Assembly: GCA_951406725.2 (NCBI GenBank)
Contig: OX597818.1
Span: forward strand, 145,948,001 to 146,012,000
Length of the DNA: 64,000 nt
Direction: 5' to 3'
Source of the DNA: Octopus vulgaris
Lineage: Eukaryota
Position numbers and translations under genes: made by a program. The notes beneath the pieces are model-generated. The model was given only the letters and a program-made list of their open reading frames with translations, did no database searches and was not told the DNA's origin. This document shows positions 52,324 to 64,000 of the stretch, in pieces. Within the stretch, counting starts at the first letter, position 1, and each line of letters begins with the position of its first letter.

Positions 52324-55300
52324 CAAATATAATAAATTACTTCAAATCATTGCAAGAAAATCTGTGTAAGTAGAATCTGAACTGACTGGTTTTGAAATCC
52401 TATAATACAAGCATATTGAATGATTTCAAAATATCACTATTTGGTTTGAATTCATTATTATGAGTGAGAGAGAGGTAAGAATAAAATGAATGGGTATTTT
52501 ACAGTTACTACACAGGTTTTCAAAGCACATTTATTCAAAAGCACAAGTACAGTATGTAACTTGATGTGCAACATTACGTAACGCTATGCAAGCCCACGTC
52601 ATCATAAAGCACTACTTTATCAAGTAATACACTTCAGTAATACACTTTAGGTGATATGTCACCAGATATATTTATGACCTTAAAGAATAAAATGTAATCT
52701 CCATAACTGGTCAAAGTCTACTTATAAGAATTATGTCTAGAATGCCTTTGACCATAGGTTTCTTGGTGCAAGGCCTACCCAAGTTTAATGAAATGTCTTC
52801 GATAATAGGTCTCCTATTGCAGAGCTGATCAGGCTTCAAGCAAAACACCTTCAATCATAGTTTTCCTGATGCAGGGATTACTTATGTTTAAACAATATCA
52901 ACAGTCAGTTTTTATATTAAACATATTACCCATTTACGATATGGTCAAATCACTATCAGTTATCAACACTAAAATAATATATCAAACTAGCAATGCACCC
53001 CCAGCGTTGTGGTGTTATGACCTACAGCCACATTTGTATTATTTGTTCCTTTCTTATGGGCAGAATCGGCACACAAGGAGTATGGAGCAAGCAACTCTTC
53101 TTTATAAACATGTGTTTTGGTAATTTTCTGATGAACAATGCTGCAGTTTCTGGCTACCAAATTCAGTCACAAGTCTGTGGTTGGCCTAGGGCTATAGTAG
53201 AAAACACTTGCCCAAGGTACCATGCAGAAGGACTAAAAGTGGAACCATGTGGTTGGGAAGCAAACTTCTCAACCACAACAGTCATTCTTGTATCTAGTAT
53301 GTGTGTGTGTTTACATTTGTTGTTAAATCGAGTATTGTGTCTCACTATGTCTGAAAGTTAGCAGTTCATCAAGCAGAGATCTATAAAATAAATGCCAGAT
53401 TGAAATACATACTGAGGTCAGTATAATCAATTAAATTTTCGAAAGTGATACTTCATCCTGATGATAGTCAAAAGACTAAACCCAGTAAAATAATGTTTAA
53501 AGACTTAATGGTTTCAAATTTAAGGTAATGGATTACTAACCACAAGATAATGAGTTAAAAACTTTGTATTGAATTTCCACTTTATACAATAACAGTATAT
53601 GTACATCTCAGTCTACTTGACTTCCAACAATTAACAATTGTAATTTGAAGTTGAATGGTTAGCAGTAAGAAAAATATCCAGATTTCTTAAAAAATTATAG
53701 TGCAAAATATTCCAAGAAAAAGTATTTCATAACAACAAAACACACACACACACACACTACACTATTTCAAGTAAAAACAAATTTACTGACCTAATCTAGA
53801 ATAAAGACTACCACCAAGATAGTTTTTATATTCAGTACTAAAGATGAGCAAATTTTTGTTAACTTCACAAGCCATTTTATAGGCTGGAATATAAAGGGTT
53901 TTGTTTTTGTTTAGATTTTTTTTATTGTTTAGTCAGAGGAAGTTAACTGAGATGACCTCATTCCAGGACTTCTAAGATTGGAAGGAGGAAGGGGGGAAGT
54001 TATCCTGTGTCCAGACACCTAATCTGAATGTTTAAATTCCACAAAAGACCTAAAGACCAGGTTGTGATATTAAACCAGGAAACATTAAATCTACCACCCA
54101 AGTAAGAGAATGGTCCCTCTGAAGGGCTTCCACACAGTTTCTGCATACCAAATTCCATTCAAAAGACTTTGGTCAATTTGACATTAAGGAAGGAAATGCA
54201 AGCTGAAGGTACCACACAGTAGGATCAAACCTGAAACTACAGCAATGCAAGGTAAACTTCATAACTACCTGCACCCATGGCTTTGGTAGATCTGTGACTA
54301 TGGGAAAAAACAAAGCCAGGATACCATGCAATGCAACTGGACCAAAAACTACATTGTTATGAAGCAAACTTCTTAACCACAGTCATAGCTGCATCCACAG
54401 CTAGAAAGCACAAGTCTGAGCTGGTGTGGAGAAGGATCGAACCTGAAGCCATGTAGTTACAATGTACTCTTAACCCCACAGCCATGTGTGTCTCTTATAA
54501 ACAATCAACGATAAAATAAAGACTAGAGGTTCAGCTAACCAAATTGAATCCATTTACAAGAATAAATATTGTAATTCTTGTAATTGACAATCAGGAGATT
54601 CAGATGCAACCACCAATCTTCTTTCCTTCATTGCCTCTTCAAGTCCTCTCTGAGATGAAAAGGGTTGGTGGGCTTGAGTTCTCTTCAGACCTGATTTATT
54701 CCCTAAATCTATGTCTCTTTACAAATACTCAACAGGCAGTGAGGGCTTATATTTAGGAATTGTCCTCCTGCTAGACTGGCTGCCTTCCAAGGTTGCTGTG
54801 TCCAGACAACTTACCTGTTTATATGGCCTGTGAGATGTGGAGACAGTAGTGCCATCTTCTTGAGATATGATTTAACAAAAGCCAAGGGGTGCCTTCTTCT
54901 CAATAGTCTTACAACACACCAGGCATTAATCAGGAATTTCTAAGTTTCTGCACTATTTCTAGATAGCTGTTCACCCTACACTGAGTTCAACCATCCTTTA
55001 GACTGGTATTGTTTTTGTCCTGCTGGGTGTCTAGCTACCTTCTTCAAGCTTTGAGGCAAGTTTTGTAGAGCAGCCAGTTTAGTAACAGACCACCCAATAA
55101 GTTGTCAAAGACTTAAATGTTACCAGTAGCACTTGATGGTAGGTGAAACATTTGGAGGATATTGACAGGTTTTAAACATGTACCTATTGTCATTGTTTAG
55201 CCGTGGCTCAGTCCCTAATCCAGCAAACAAAATCAAATGCATTTCAGCATAAATGTCCCATCTCTTTTCCAGACATATCTAGGATTTCATTATCCAATGT

Positions 55301-58300
55301 GTCATCCTTTGTATAGATGATATACAGAGTGAGATTTGAGGGAGATTTAGCTCTAATTTTTAAGAGGTTTACTGATTTTACCTGCTTTCAATTTAATCCT
55401 TAATTCACAAATATACTGTTTCATCTCATTGCCTGCAGCTACCCCTGTTTCAAACTAACTGCACATCTTCTTTAAGAATCACCTATCCAACCAGTAAACT
55501 TTCCTTCCCATCACTTTTACTGTGTCTCCCCATCCAGACAGTCCAGTGCTTCCTACCAAGAACTGTACCCTTTGTGGTAGAGTCATGTATTAGAAGAGAG
55601 TGACGGATGTATGATAGTGAAACTGCTTAAGCAGAGAATGTGGAGGATCTGCATTAAGTCCGAGAAAGAGATAAGTTGAATATAAGAAAGTAGAAGATCA
55701 AAAGTACGAACTCAAAACTGAGACTGAATGTATTCAGAGTGACTGGTATACGAAAATCATTAGTGTCCGGAAGTCATTGATGCAATATCTTGGAACATTT
55801 GGTTGTTCAGATCAATGAATCCTAGTTTTGCCTCGCAACTTCTGCACATCACCGGAGAAAGATCTTGCTGTTAAAAATGGATGCAATGAGCAAGCTTGAC
55901 ACAACGATATATTCACTGCATATTTGAAACATAGATATCAAAAAGTGGCAAATTTATTAAATATATTTGAAATTTTGCATGCGTACACACACACACTCTC
56001 TCTCTCTCTGTCTCACACACACACGCAGAATAATGTCAACAACAACCAGACAAGCTAAGCTCCTTGGACATTGCTAAGGAAAACAGCAACTAGCTAAATC
56101 AATAAGACACCAGCCTATCTGCATCTCATTTGTAGTATTGCACATAAATCAATGGCTAAGTTTAACTGTCTATAAATATACATCATGGGGCAGCACAGTT
56201 TATCACTAGAAGTAACAAGGCATTAAGTAATGTGTGATTTTAGTTTTTAGTTGAGTGTCAATCTCATAAACCTCTTATGGACCAGGAAATGTCAAGAGGA
56301 AACCACTTTGGGTGCAATGCTTTTGTATGGTGATGTAAGTTTTGTTTTTCATTCACTAACTGTGTGTGTGTAGCATAATATGACAGTCAAACTACAAAGT
56401 CAATTTTTGTATAAGTTCATCTTGAGCCAGCTGGATCCTATAACCTACATGTAATATTCAAGTAAGTTACAGAACACTGTCTACAATAAATGAACTTCTA
56501 TAAAAATTTATACAATAGTTTGACTGTTATAAATGCATCGCTCAGACAGAAAGTGAAAAGCACAAACATTACATTATCACAAAACATGACCAAGGAAACT
56601 GATCAAAACTTCATCCGACACTTGGAGTTATTATTATATGAGCCATGTATAAAATGTTAACCTTCATATTTAGATATAGTCTGTAATGATATTTTTAACT
56701 TAACAGACAACAAATATGAAAATTTTGAATATTTTTAAAGCTTTAATGGCTAATTTTTAGAGCAGAATATTAAGTAATAGGTGTGTTGATTCATTACAAA
56801 TGATAATGATCACTTCACTTATCCAGTATTAAGTTTAAATTGTCTGAGAGTCATATGTGTAGGTCTGAAGTTATTACTACTAAAATATGCATGCTTTAGT
56901 ATTCCTCTATTGCTAAATGACTTAGAAAGAGATGATGATAAAGTGACTTTAAAATGAGAAAGAGTTGTTCAGTTGATGGACTACTTTCTTACCCTACTTC
57001 AGGATAAAAGTCAAGATGGTTAAGAGATGAAGTCCAGTGAATATCTAAAATGCTTTAGATTTTGTTTTCTTTTGTATACTCCATGTTTTATTGCTCGTAA
57101 TTGCGTTCCAGCCAGCTGAACTAATCTAAGATTTCCTCCACAAGGTCCATACAAATAGTGTTCTCCTAACACCATTGGTGAGCTGGCAGAGTTATTAGAG
57201 TGATGGAGAAAATACTTTGTGGTATTTGTCTTGATTCAGTTTCAATCCTGCCAAAGCCAACTTTACCTTTTGTCCTTTTAAGGTTGATAATGAAGCACCA
57301 ATGTAGGGAGGTGGATTGACTGAAGTGTTGACAGGTAGGGCAAGATGCCTCTGTAGTATCTATTCTCAATCTTAGAGTTCTATCAACAACATCTGCAATG
57401 GCACTGGTGCCAAATTGTATCAACCCAAGTCTGTAGCCTTTCCCTATTGTTTCCTGTACCACTAATGTTTATTGGAATAAACATTAGGGGTCCAGACAGG
57501 GAAACTTGCATGCAACAGCTGGTCTTCTCCAACAATATCTTACTCAGGCTTACACATGCATGTGCAGACACAAAGTAAACAGTGATTGAGAGAATTCCAA
57601 ACTAAAATGTAAACAAGACATAATCCATGTATCATGGCTTCATCCCTATACCAGCTGTCTCAGAGACCTCACATAAAAAGTCAAAGGGTGATATCTCTCA
57701 TTCATTGACAATGCCCTTAATAAAAGTAAATCCACAAAGGATTGAAACATAAAATTGTACGATACCAAAGCCAAAACTGAAGATTGAAGACTAGGCCTTC
57801 TCTTCAGAGTTTGAAACTACTTCAATTCTGAGCACTTGGTAATTACAAAGCACAAATATGTCCCACACCAGATTATGGTTCATATATGAGGAACATAATA
57901 GCTGCTACCTACACAGAACATTATAAATACTAAACAGAAATCCAGCTGAATGACACTAAAACCTTTGCTCACCAATAACAATTGGCATTTTGGCATGTAT
58001 TATCCTCCTTTTGTGTCTTTCACCACTAACATGACAGTTTTTGTTCCATCCAACTGACAAGCTCTGCACTAACCTCAACACACTTCTGTCATCGTTAATT
58101 CTTTTCACTCCTAAACAAAGCAATCAACAAATTTTCCTCAAAACTTCAACTCCCTCCACTATTTCAATACCTGCATCTTTCCCACAGGCATCAACCAACA
58201 CTAGTACAAGATGAAGAACAATCACATTGGAGGGAGGAACATAATAAGTGGCTGAAAACATCTGAGAGAATAAAATTGAAACACTGACTAAAAAGCAATA

Positions 58301-59899
58301 AGTTCATCAATTTACTACCTCGACTCTTTTGCTTTTAAACTCGCTGGGTTCATCATATTGTTCCTCCAACTATGCTACCTCATCTACGAAATTCACTGAT
58401 CTTCTATTCCAACTCTGCTACCCTCAAATTGTTAAACTTCATGTTGCTACCCTAATTTTGTTATTCTTAAACTACCAAAGTTCAATGTATTGCTACCTTA
58501 ACTCAAGAGCCTGTCATTTATCCAAACATTTTTTGTTTTAAATATTAAAGTTTAAAAAAATGCACAACTACGACTTGAAAACATTTCAGTGAAATATGAT
58601 ATATTTATAAATGAAAACTTGCTTCACTAATTAAGACAGAAATTTATCTTAATTTGCAGCACCATTCCATTTTCCCATACAGACACTAAATAAGGGATTG
58701 TCAGAATGGAAACTGGTAATAATTATTAGATTAACAAAGGAGCCAATTAACTGACAAACTCAGAGAAGGGAAAAACACGAAAAAAAACTACTTCAGTTTA
58801 AGTCTGCTTATAAAACATGTCATCACCAATGTTAATCATACAAAATAAACCAAGCAGAAAGGGTGTGGGGTGGGAGATAAAGAGATCTATAAACTAACAA
58901 ATAAAATAAATAAAATTTGAAATGAAAACAAAAAAATAAACACCATGTCAACAGTTGATCTAGTTTTTTATAATTAGTCTTTTTACAACTGTATTTGAAG
59001 AAAACCTGCAATTGATACTAATAATACATAGTGAATAGTAGAGTGTTACAATTGTTTCTCACCAAAAAGACTCATTAACTTCCTCTAATCATATCAATCA
59101 ACAACACACTTCATTCTGAGGTTGTTTGGCATTCCATTTCAGCATGTGTATGCGTGGGAGTGTGTGTGGGGATGTATGTATGTGTCTGTGTGTGTGTGTG
59201 TATTTCTATATGTATGTATGTTTGTGTAGGTGTGTAGATGTAATTAAAACATGAGTTTTTGTTTTCTTCTTATGATTTTCTGTTTTCCTTCATCTGACTC
59301 TTAGTAATATCCAATTTGTGAAAAACTAAGTCATTTCCTCTCAATTCTTCTTCTACTGCTTTTTGCCGCAGCTGCTACCACTGCCACCACCACCATCCTC
59401 ATTATCATTAAATCATCATCAAAATAGAAAGCTGATAGAAACAACACTGTCATAGAGTATTTTTTCATGCTTTGAAATATTTTTCATGCTCTCTATGTTC
59501 CAAGTTCAGATCTCACCGAGGTCAACTTTTGTGCTCAACAAAATAAAGTACCAGTCAAAATTCAAGGCTACTGGATAATAACTAACCCCGTTCTCTCAAA
59601 ATTGCTAGCCTTGTACCGAAATTAGAAACCATATTTAGAGTGGCATATTGGCTGAATCATTATAACATCAGAAAAAATATCCAGCAATCTTCTGGCACTT
59701 TATGTACTGAGTTCACACAGTATTGTGGTTATCTTTGCTTTTCATCTATAAAATATCAACTTGTCAAAAAATGGATTCAATATGATTAACTAATACCCCT
59801 TCCTCTAAAAATTGTTGGTTTTCTGCCTAAATTAGAAATGATTATTATCAAGGTGGTATACTCATAGAATTGTGATAAAATTGCAGTATTTGTTTAGAT

Positions 59900-60160
59900 C
59901 CGTGGTTTTCAACCTTTTTTTTTTTTTGCCTATGGACCCCTCTGATTCCTATTTTCATTTACGGTACCCTAATAAACATTTGATGTGTATAAAAAAAAAT
60001 CCTACTCTATTTTTATAATAAAATATTATAAGGAATTATATATTTAAAAAAATGTAATATTTTGTGTATTATAGAAGTATAACCAATTTATTGCACAAAA
60101 ATTTTAACAAGAAAATATTATATGGACTGCCAAGGGTCATATGGACCCCTGGTTTAAACT
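59900..60160. mobile_element. Probable hAT-type MITE remnant
   Basis: Ends CCGTGGTTTTCAACC ... GGACCCCTGGTTTAAAC resemble CAGTGGTTCTCAACC/GGTTGAGAAC termini; internal ATGGACCCC repeated. Confidence 0.45.
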
Positions 60161-62183
60161 CTTTACATTTTAAGTTCAAGTCCTATTGAGGTTGAATTTC
60201 ATTTCATCCTTTATGGATTTATGGTATCAACTAAACACCCTCTCCAAAAAATTGCTAACATAAGAGGAAAAATACTGACAAAATGAAATAAAAAAGAAAT
60301 AATTTTATTAGCAAAAATAACAACATGCAGTCACAAGCATTTTCCAGTGTTGCCAGTTACAAAGAAAGATGAGTAAGTTATCAGAGGGAAGAGCAGAATG
60401 GCAAAGCTGAGTAACCAAGGAGGGTGCTATTCTTCCTGACCACATTATTAAATAACAGGAAAGAAAAAGAAATCATGTATATTTGTCTTGCTAGGGACTT
60501 TGAGACTTCCTTTGAAATGAAGCAACAATTGTATGTAGCACTGGACAATATGTTGAAGAACATTTCCCCAGTTGGCTGGGGTAAAGCACACGGGTCTATA
60601 AGTATAGTTTACAGGAATGGGGATTAAGCAGGAAACAAGACAGGTAGGTTCAATACACACCTACAAGTACACTTGTGCCACAGTATTTGGGGGAATGAAA
60701 CAGGTAAGTCAGGATCAAGGATGTTGGTAATGATTCTAGGTACATTTGTGATGTAGTAGGGTGCTGAGATCATAAAGAATGACATAGTCTCATGGAGTCT
60801 CAATGATCATCTAAGTTTTTATAGGTCCTGTCTACCACAGCCATTCCAGAACTGCTTTCATTTATAAGTGCAAAGAGAAGGCTGATGAAACTAGAAGTGC
60901 AGAGCAAGAAACTGAGTTGCTACACAAGTTGTGGCAAAAACCACTTGAGGGCTTTCTGCCCATAGGGACAGTAAAACAGAAAAGGAAATCAGCAGAAACA
61001 ATGACACCAAATTTCAGAAAATGCTGTTGTTTTCAGAGTCCTTGTAGTCAAAACTCTAAAATCAGCAGATCAGCCTGCTCTCAGTGCCAAGTGGCCAAAG
61101 GGCCCTCCCTAGGCCATGGCCAGTAATGCCAGAGAGAGTGTGATGGGAGAGAAGAGTGATCAACAGCAGTAATAACAGCCAGTAGCATTTAGTCCAACAC
61201 TGTAAGGGGCTGGAAAACTAATCTCTTCAGTCTCGGTAACCAAAAAGTAGAAACCTTCCCCTCCTACAAACAGCAACACCTTGACATCTTGTGACAATGG
61301 GGACATTAAGGAAGCTAGAGATGAATGGAAAATTACCAGCAAAAACAGAAGAACATACAAGCAAAGAAAACAAGGTGAAGCTAACACAAAGCATGTAAGA
61401 TGCAACAAAAGAATAACATGACAAAAGTTTCAAATTCTCAGTAGTTTGATGTGCAAACCATCAGTTTCTAGACCAAGCAAATGAGATGGAGAATGTAAAA
61501 TGAAATAGTAAACAAAATACTGACTGGATAGAAAGAAATAGGACCAGAATACAGGAAACACTTGGAAGAGAGACAATTGGCAAAAAAGCTACAAAGCCAC
61601 AAGTACTTATATCAAACCAGGAATACTCACTCAACACTATTCTATGCAAAAGATGCAACTTTTACCAGAAAAGGCAATGACAGGAGGACAGAAATATAAT
61701 GGTTGCTTTTACCCAACCTTACTAGTAAATTTTCACATAAATGTACATTTTTAAATGAAATTTTGCTTCATTTATTGTTTCTTTCTTGGTAGTTATGCAA
61801 ATGATACATGTGAAAGCAAATTAAAAATGTGTAATTTCAATGTTTATATTATGACTCCCTTCTGATCCTCTGTTATATGACATTTTTGTATACACCCATA
61901 TTTAGTTTAAAATATATAAACATGCATTACTTGCTTAATCCTAAAAGTCCTTACAATAATTATATAAATAAATCTGTATTTATAGATATGTAAATAAAAT
62001 AATGATACAACACTAATAAAGTATTTCTTTGTCTATCACCACACAAATATTCTTTTGCTTATATGTTCATTCTTTTTAAGTTCACATATCAATATTAATT
62101 AAAATGCTTAAAAATAATCATTTCAAATTTCTTATTTTAAGACTGTTGTAGTTTGCTTGAAGCATTGTAATATTGAAGAAGGT

Positions 62184-62345
62184 AAAAATAGAGACAATAG
62201 AAAGCTTCTGACAATGCAGAAAATTTAACCTGCATAAACAGACATATCCCAGACTGTTTTCCTTCTGAAGATGGGCTTTTGCACCTGAAATATAAAGGTC
62301 TTATAAAACTTTCCACTCTGTCAGAAGCTTTCTATTTTCTCTTTT
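62184..62345. repeat. Inverted repeat enclosing a hammerhead motif
   Basis: AATAGAAAGCTTCTGACA / TGTCAGAAGCTTTCTATT. Confidence 0.8.
62261..62298 (+). ncRNA. Minimal type I hammerhead motif
   Basis: CCTT-CTGAAGA-TGGG[CTTTTGCA]CCT-GAAA-TATA-AAGG, inside an inverted repeat; stem II is weak. Confidence 0.55.
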
Positions 62346-62758
62346 TATCTCCTTCTAATTTTAGTTTTCAGTTTATCCATTTTTACACATAAAAAATTTT
62401 TTCTTATTATTTTTATACCCAAATATGGGCATAGAGAAAAATAGATTATATATTTCAAATATTTGAAAGTATATGCTTTAATGAGCTGATTGCAGGTTTT
62501 ACAGCCTCCCATTTGGTGCTTTGCAATTCTGAGTTCAAATCCTATGAAGGCTGACTTATGCTGTTCATCTGTTTGCAAGATATCAGTGACATATTGGAAT
62601 TAAAGGTATCAGACAGTACCCTTTATTCTTTATGTTAGCTTCACCTTGCATCAGAAAAAAAACAATCATTTACATCAGTATTAATTAAAGCTCATTAGAA
62701 CAGAAATAAATGATTGAATGGCTCTTTTATGGTTCCCAGAAATTCAAGTTCCAGTTAC

Positions 62759-62986
62759 TTAACCCTTTCGTTACTGTATTTATTTTGAGATGCTCTCTGC
62801 TTCTTTCAATTACTTTAAATATAACAAAGAATTTAGTAAAATAACTTCGTTATCATTCAGCTAGTGTTAGGAACATAAATTGTGACTAAGGTTTGGTGGA
62901 AGATTTTAATTCAAAACTTATGAAAAGAAGACATTTGTACTCAGAACCAGAGCCAGTTTCAGCCAGGCTGGTAATGAAAGGGTTAA
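62759..62986 (+). mobile_element. TTAA-flanked MITE, family B
   Basis: TTAA-CCCTTTCGTTAC...GTAATGAAAGGG-TTAA; highly similar to 49213-49434. Confidence 0.8.
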
Positions 62987-63738
62987 TCAAAAGAATTGTT
63001 TGTACATTGTATTTATAGGAGCTTCCACTAGTCAAGGCTGACCATATATCTCCAAATGTGTGTATAGGCAAGGGCATGATTTTTTTGTGGAAGATTAGCA
63101 GTTGCTCAAGCATGCAAATCTCCTTTCTCCACACAAAAGATGTTTATCTAAGAGAAAGACTGCTGACTTGAGCTAATGCAGCTTAGCACCAGTATCGTCA
63201 CAGGTATTGCTATCAGTTTCTGAACTGCATGCACATACAGAGGCTGGCCTGAAAGGATGAGCAACATAAGTGCCCACTGACATAAAATGAAAACCATATC
63301 ATGCAGTCTAGTTGGTGCGCCAGCAGCTTGGAGTAACACAAGATTACAATAGAGCAGCAGTTTCAACATGGAACCATATTTCAAACAAGATGCAAATTAC
63401 TCTGCCAGGCTTGGCTGATGCACAGTCATCAAGACCAAATTTTCAGAAGTTTCAAATTGCAAGCTAATTTGAGTCATTCTACAACTTTAACTTGAACTGC
63501 AACATGGAACCATACTTTTATTGGGGCAGCAGTAACAGCAACATACACAATCAATGATTAAGCTAAAATGTATAAATGTTGAAAGGAATTGTTATTTTTT
63601 TTAAATGTAGGGAAAATATATAAGAAATGTTACTAAATAGGGATTTGCATCATTCCATCCATACAAGCTTATAATCAATGATTCATCAATAGTAGATAAA
63701 ACAGGAAATTGCTAAAAAGTCACATGGACTATCCATTC

Positions 63739-63776
<38 letters not shown>

Positions 63777-64000
63777 TGGGTGTGTGTTTATTATTATGTG
63801 CACTTATTAATGAATTATTTTATTTTATTTATGCGCCCTTTTCAAACCTAGCCAGGCTCTTGGGCCCGGTTTCCCGGTTTCTGTGGCATATGTGTTCCTC
63901 CGAGCTGGACGGGACACCAGTCCATCACTGCATTACTCAAGAAACAGGAAGAAAGAGTGGAAGAAAGTTGGGGTGAAAGAGTACAACAGGGGTCACCACC

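Noticed and set aside
53458-53487. CTGATGA-TAGTC..GACT-AAAC-CCA-GTA hammerhead look-alike
   Set aside because: Lacks G12 and stem I, and aligns with the family 1 SINE tail (CAGTCAAATGACTGAAACAAGTA).
57776-57830. Short hairpin AAACTGAAGA..TCTTCAGAGTTT with a following GAAAC
   Set aside because: The putative core is sequestered in the stem and no stem I/III can be drawn.
57840-61700. Possible old LINE or coding fragments (ORFs at 60381-61658)
   Set aside because: No recognisable motif or consistent splice signals; cannot be supported without a homology search.

Overview
AT-rich, microsatellite- and SINE-dense animal genomic DNA; the repeat content suggests an octopus or related coleoid cephalopod (inference). 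One protein-coding gene is visible: twinfilin (two ADF-H domains plus a basic C-terminal tail) on the minus strand, nine coding exons between 50216 and 21418. Its short first exon (MSHQTGI-type) was not found and probably lies beyond 64000. Two things stand out. (1) The intron at 43873-47085 is a minor-spliceosome (U12) AT-AC intron (5' ATATCCTT, branch TCCTTAAC, 3' AC) flanked by GT/AG decoys that would mislead gene predictors. (2) At least nine local fold-back inverted repeats, several carrying minimal type I hammerhead-ribozyme motifs with palindromic stem III, as in Penelope-like pseudo-LTRs. These include canonical CUGAAGA cores and apparent U3-A8 and G3-C8 compensatory core variants. The rest is decayed mariner/Tc1 transposons, an RTE-like LINE and its many 3'-end copies, TTAA-flanked MITEs, tRNA-headed SINEs (some in head-to-tail arrays) and simple repeats. 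Almost all listed ORFs are spurious. All coordinates were read by eye; repeat boundaries are approximate.
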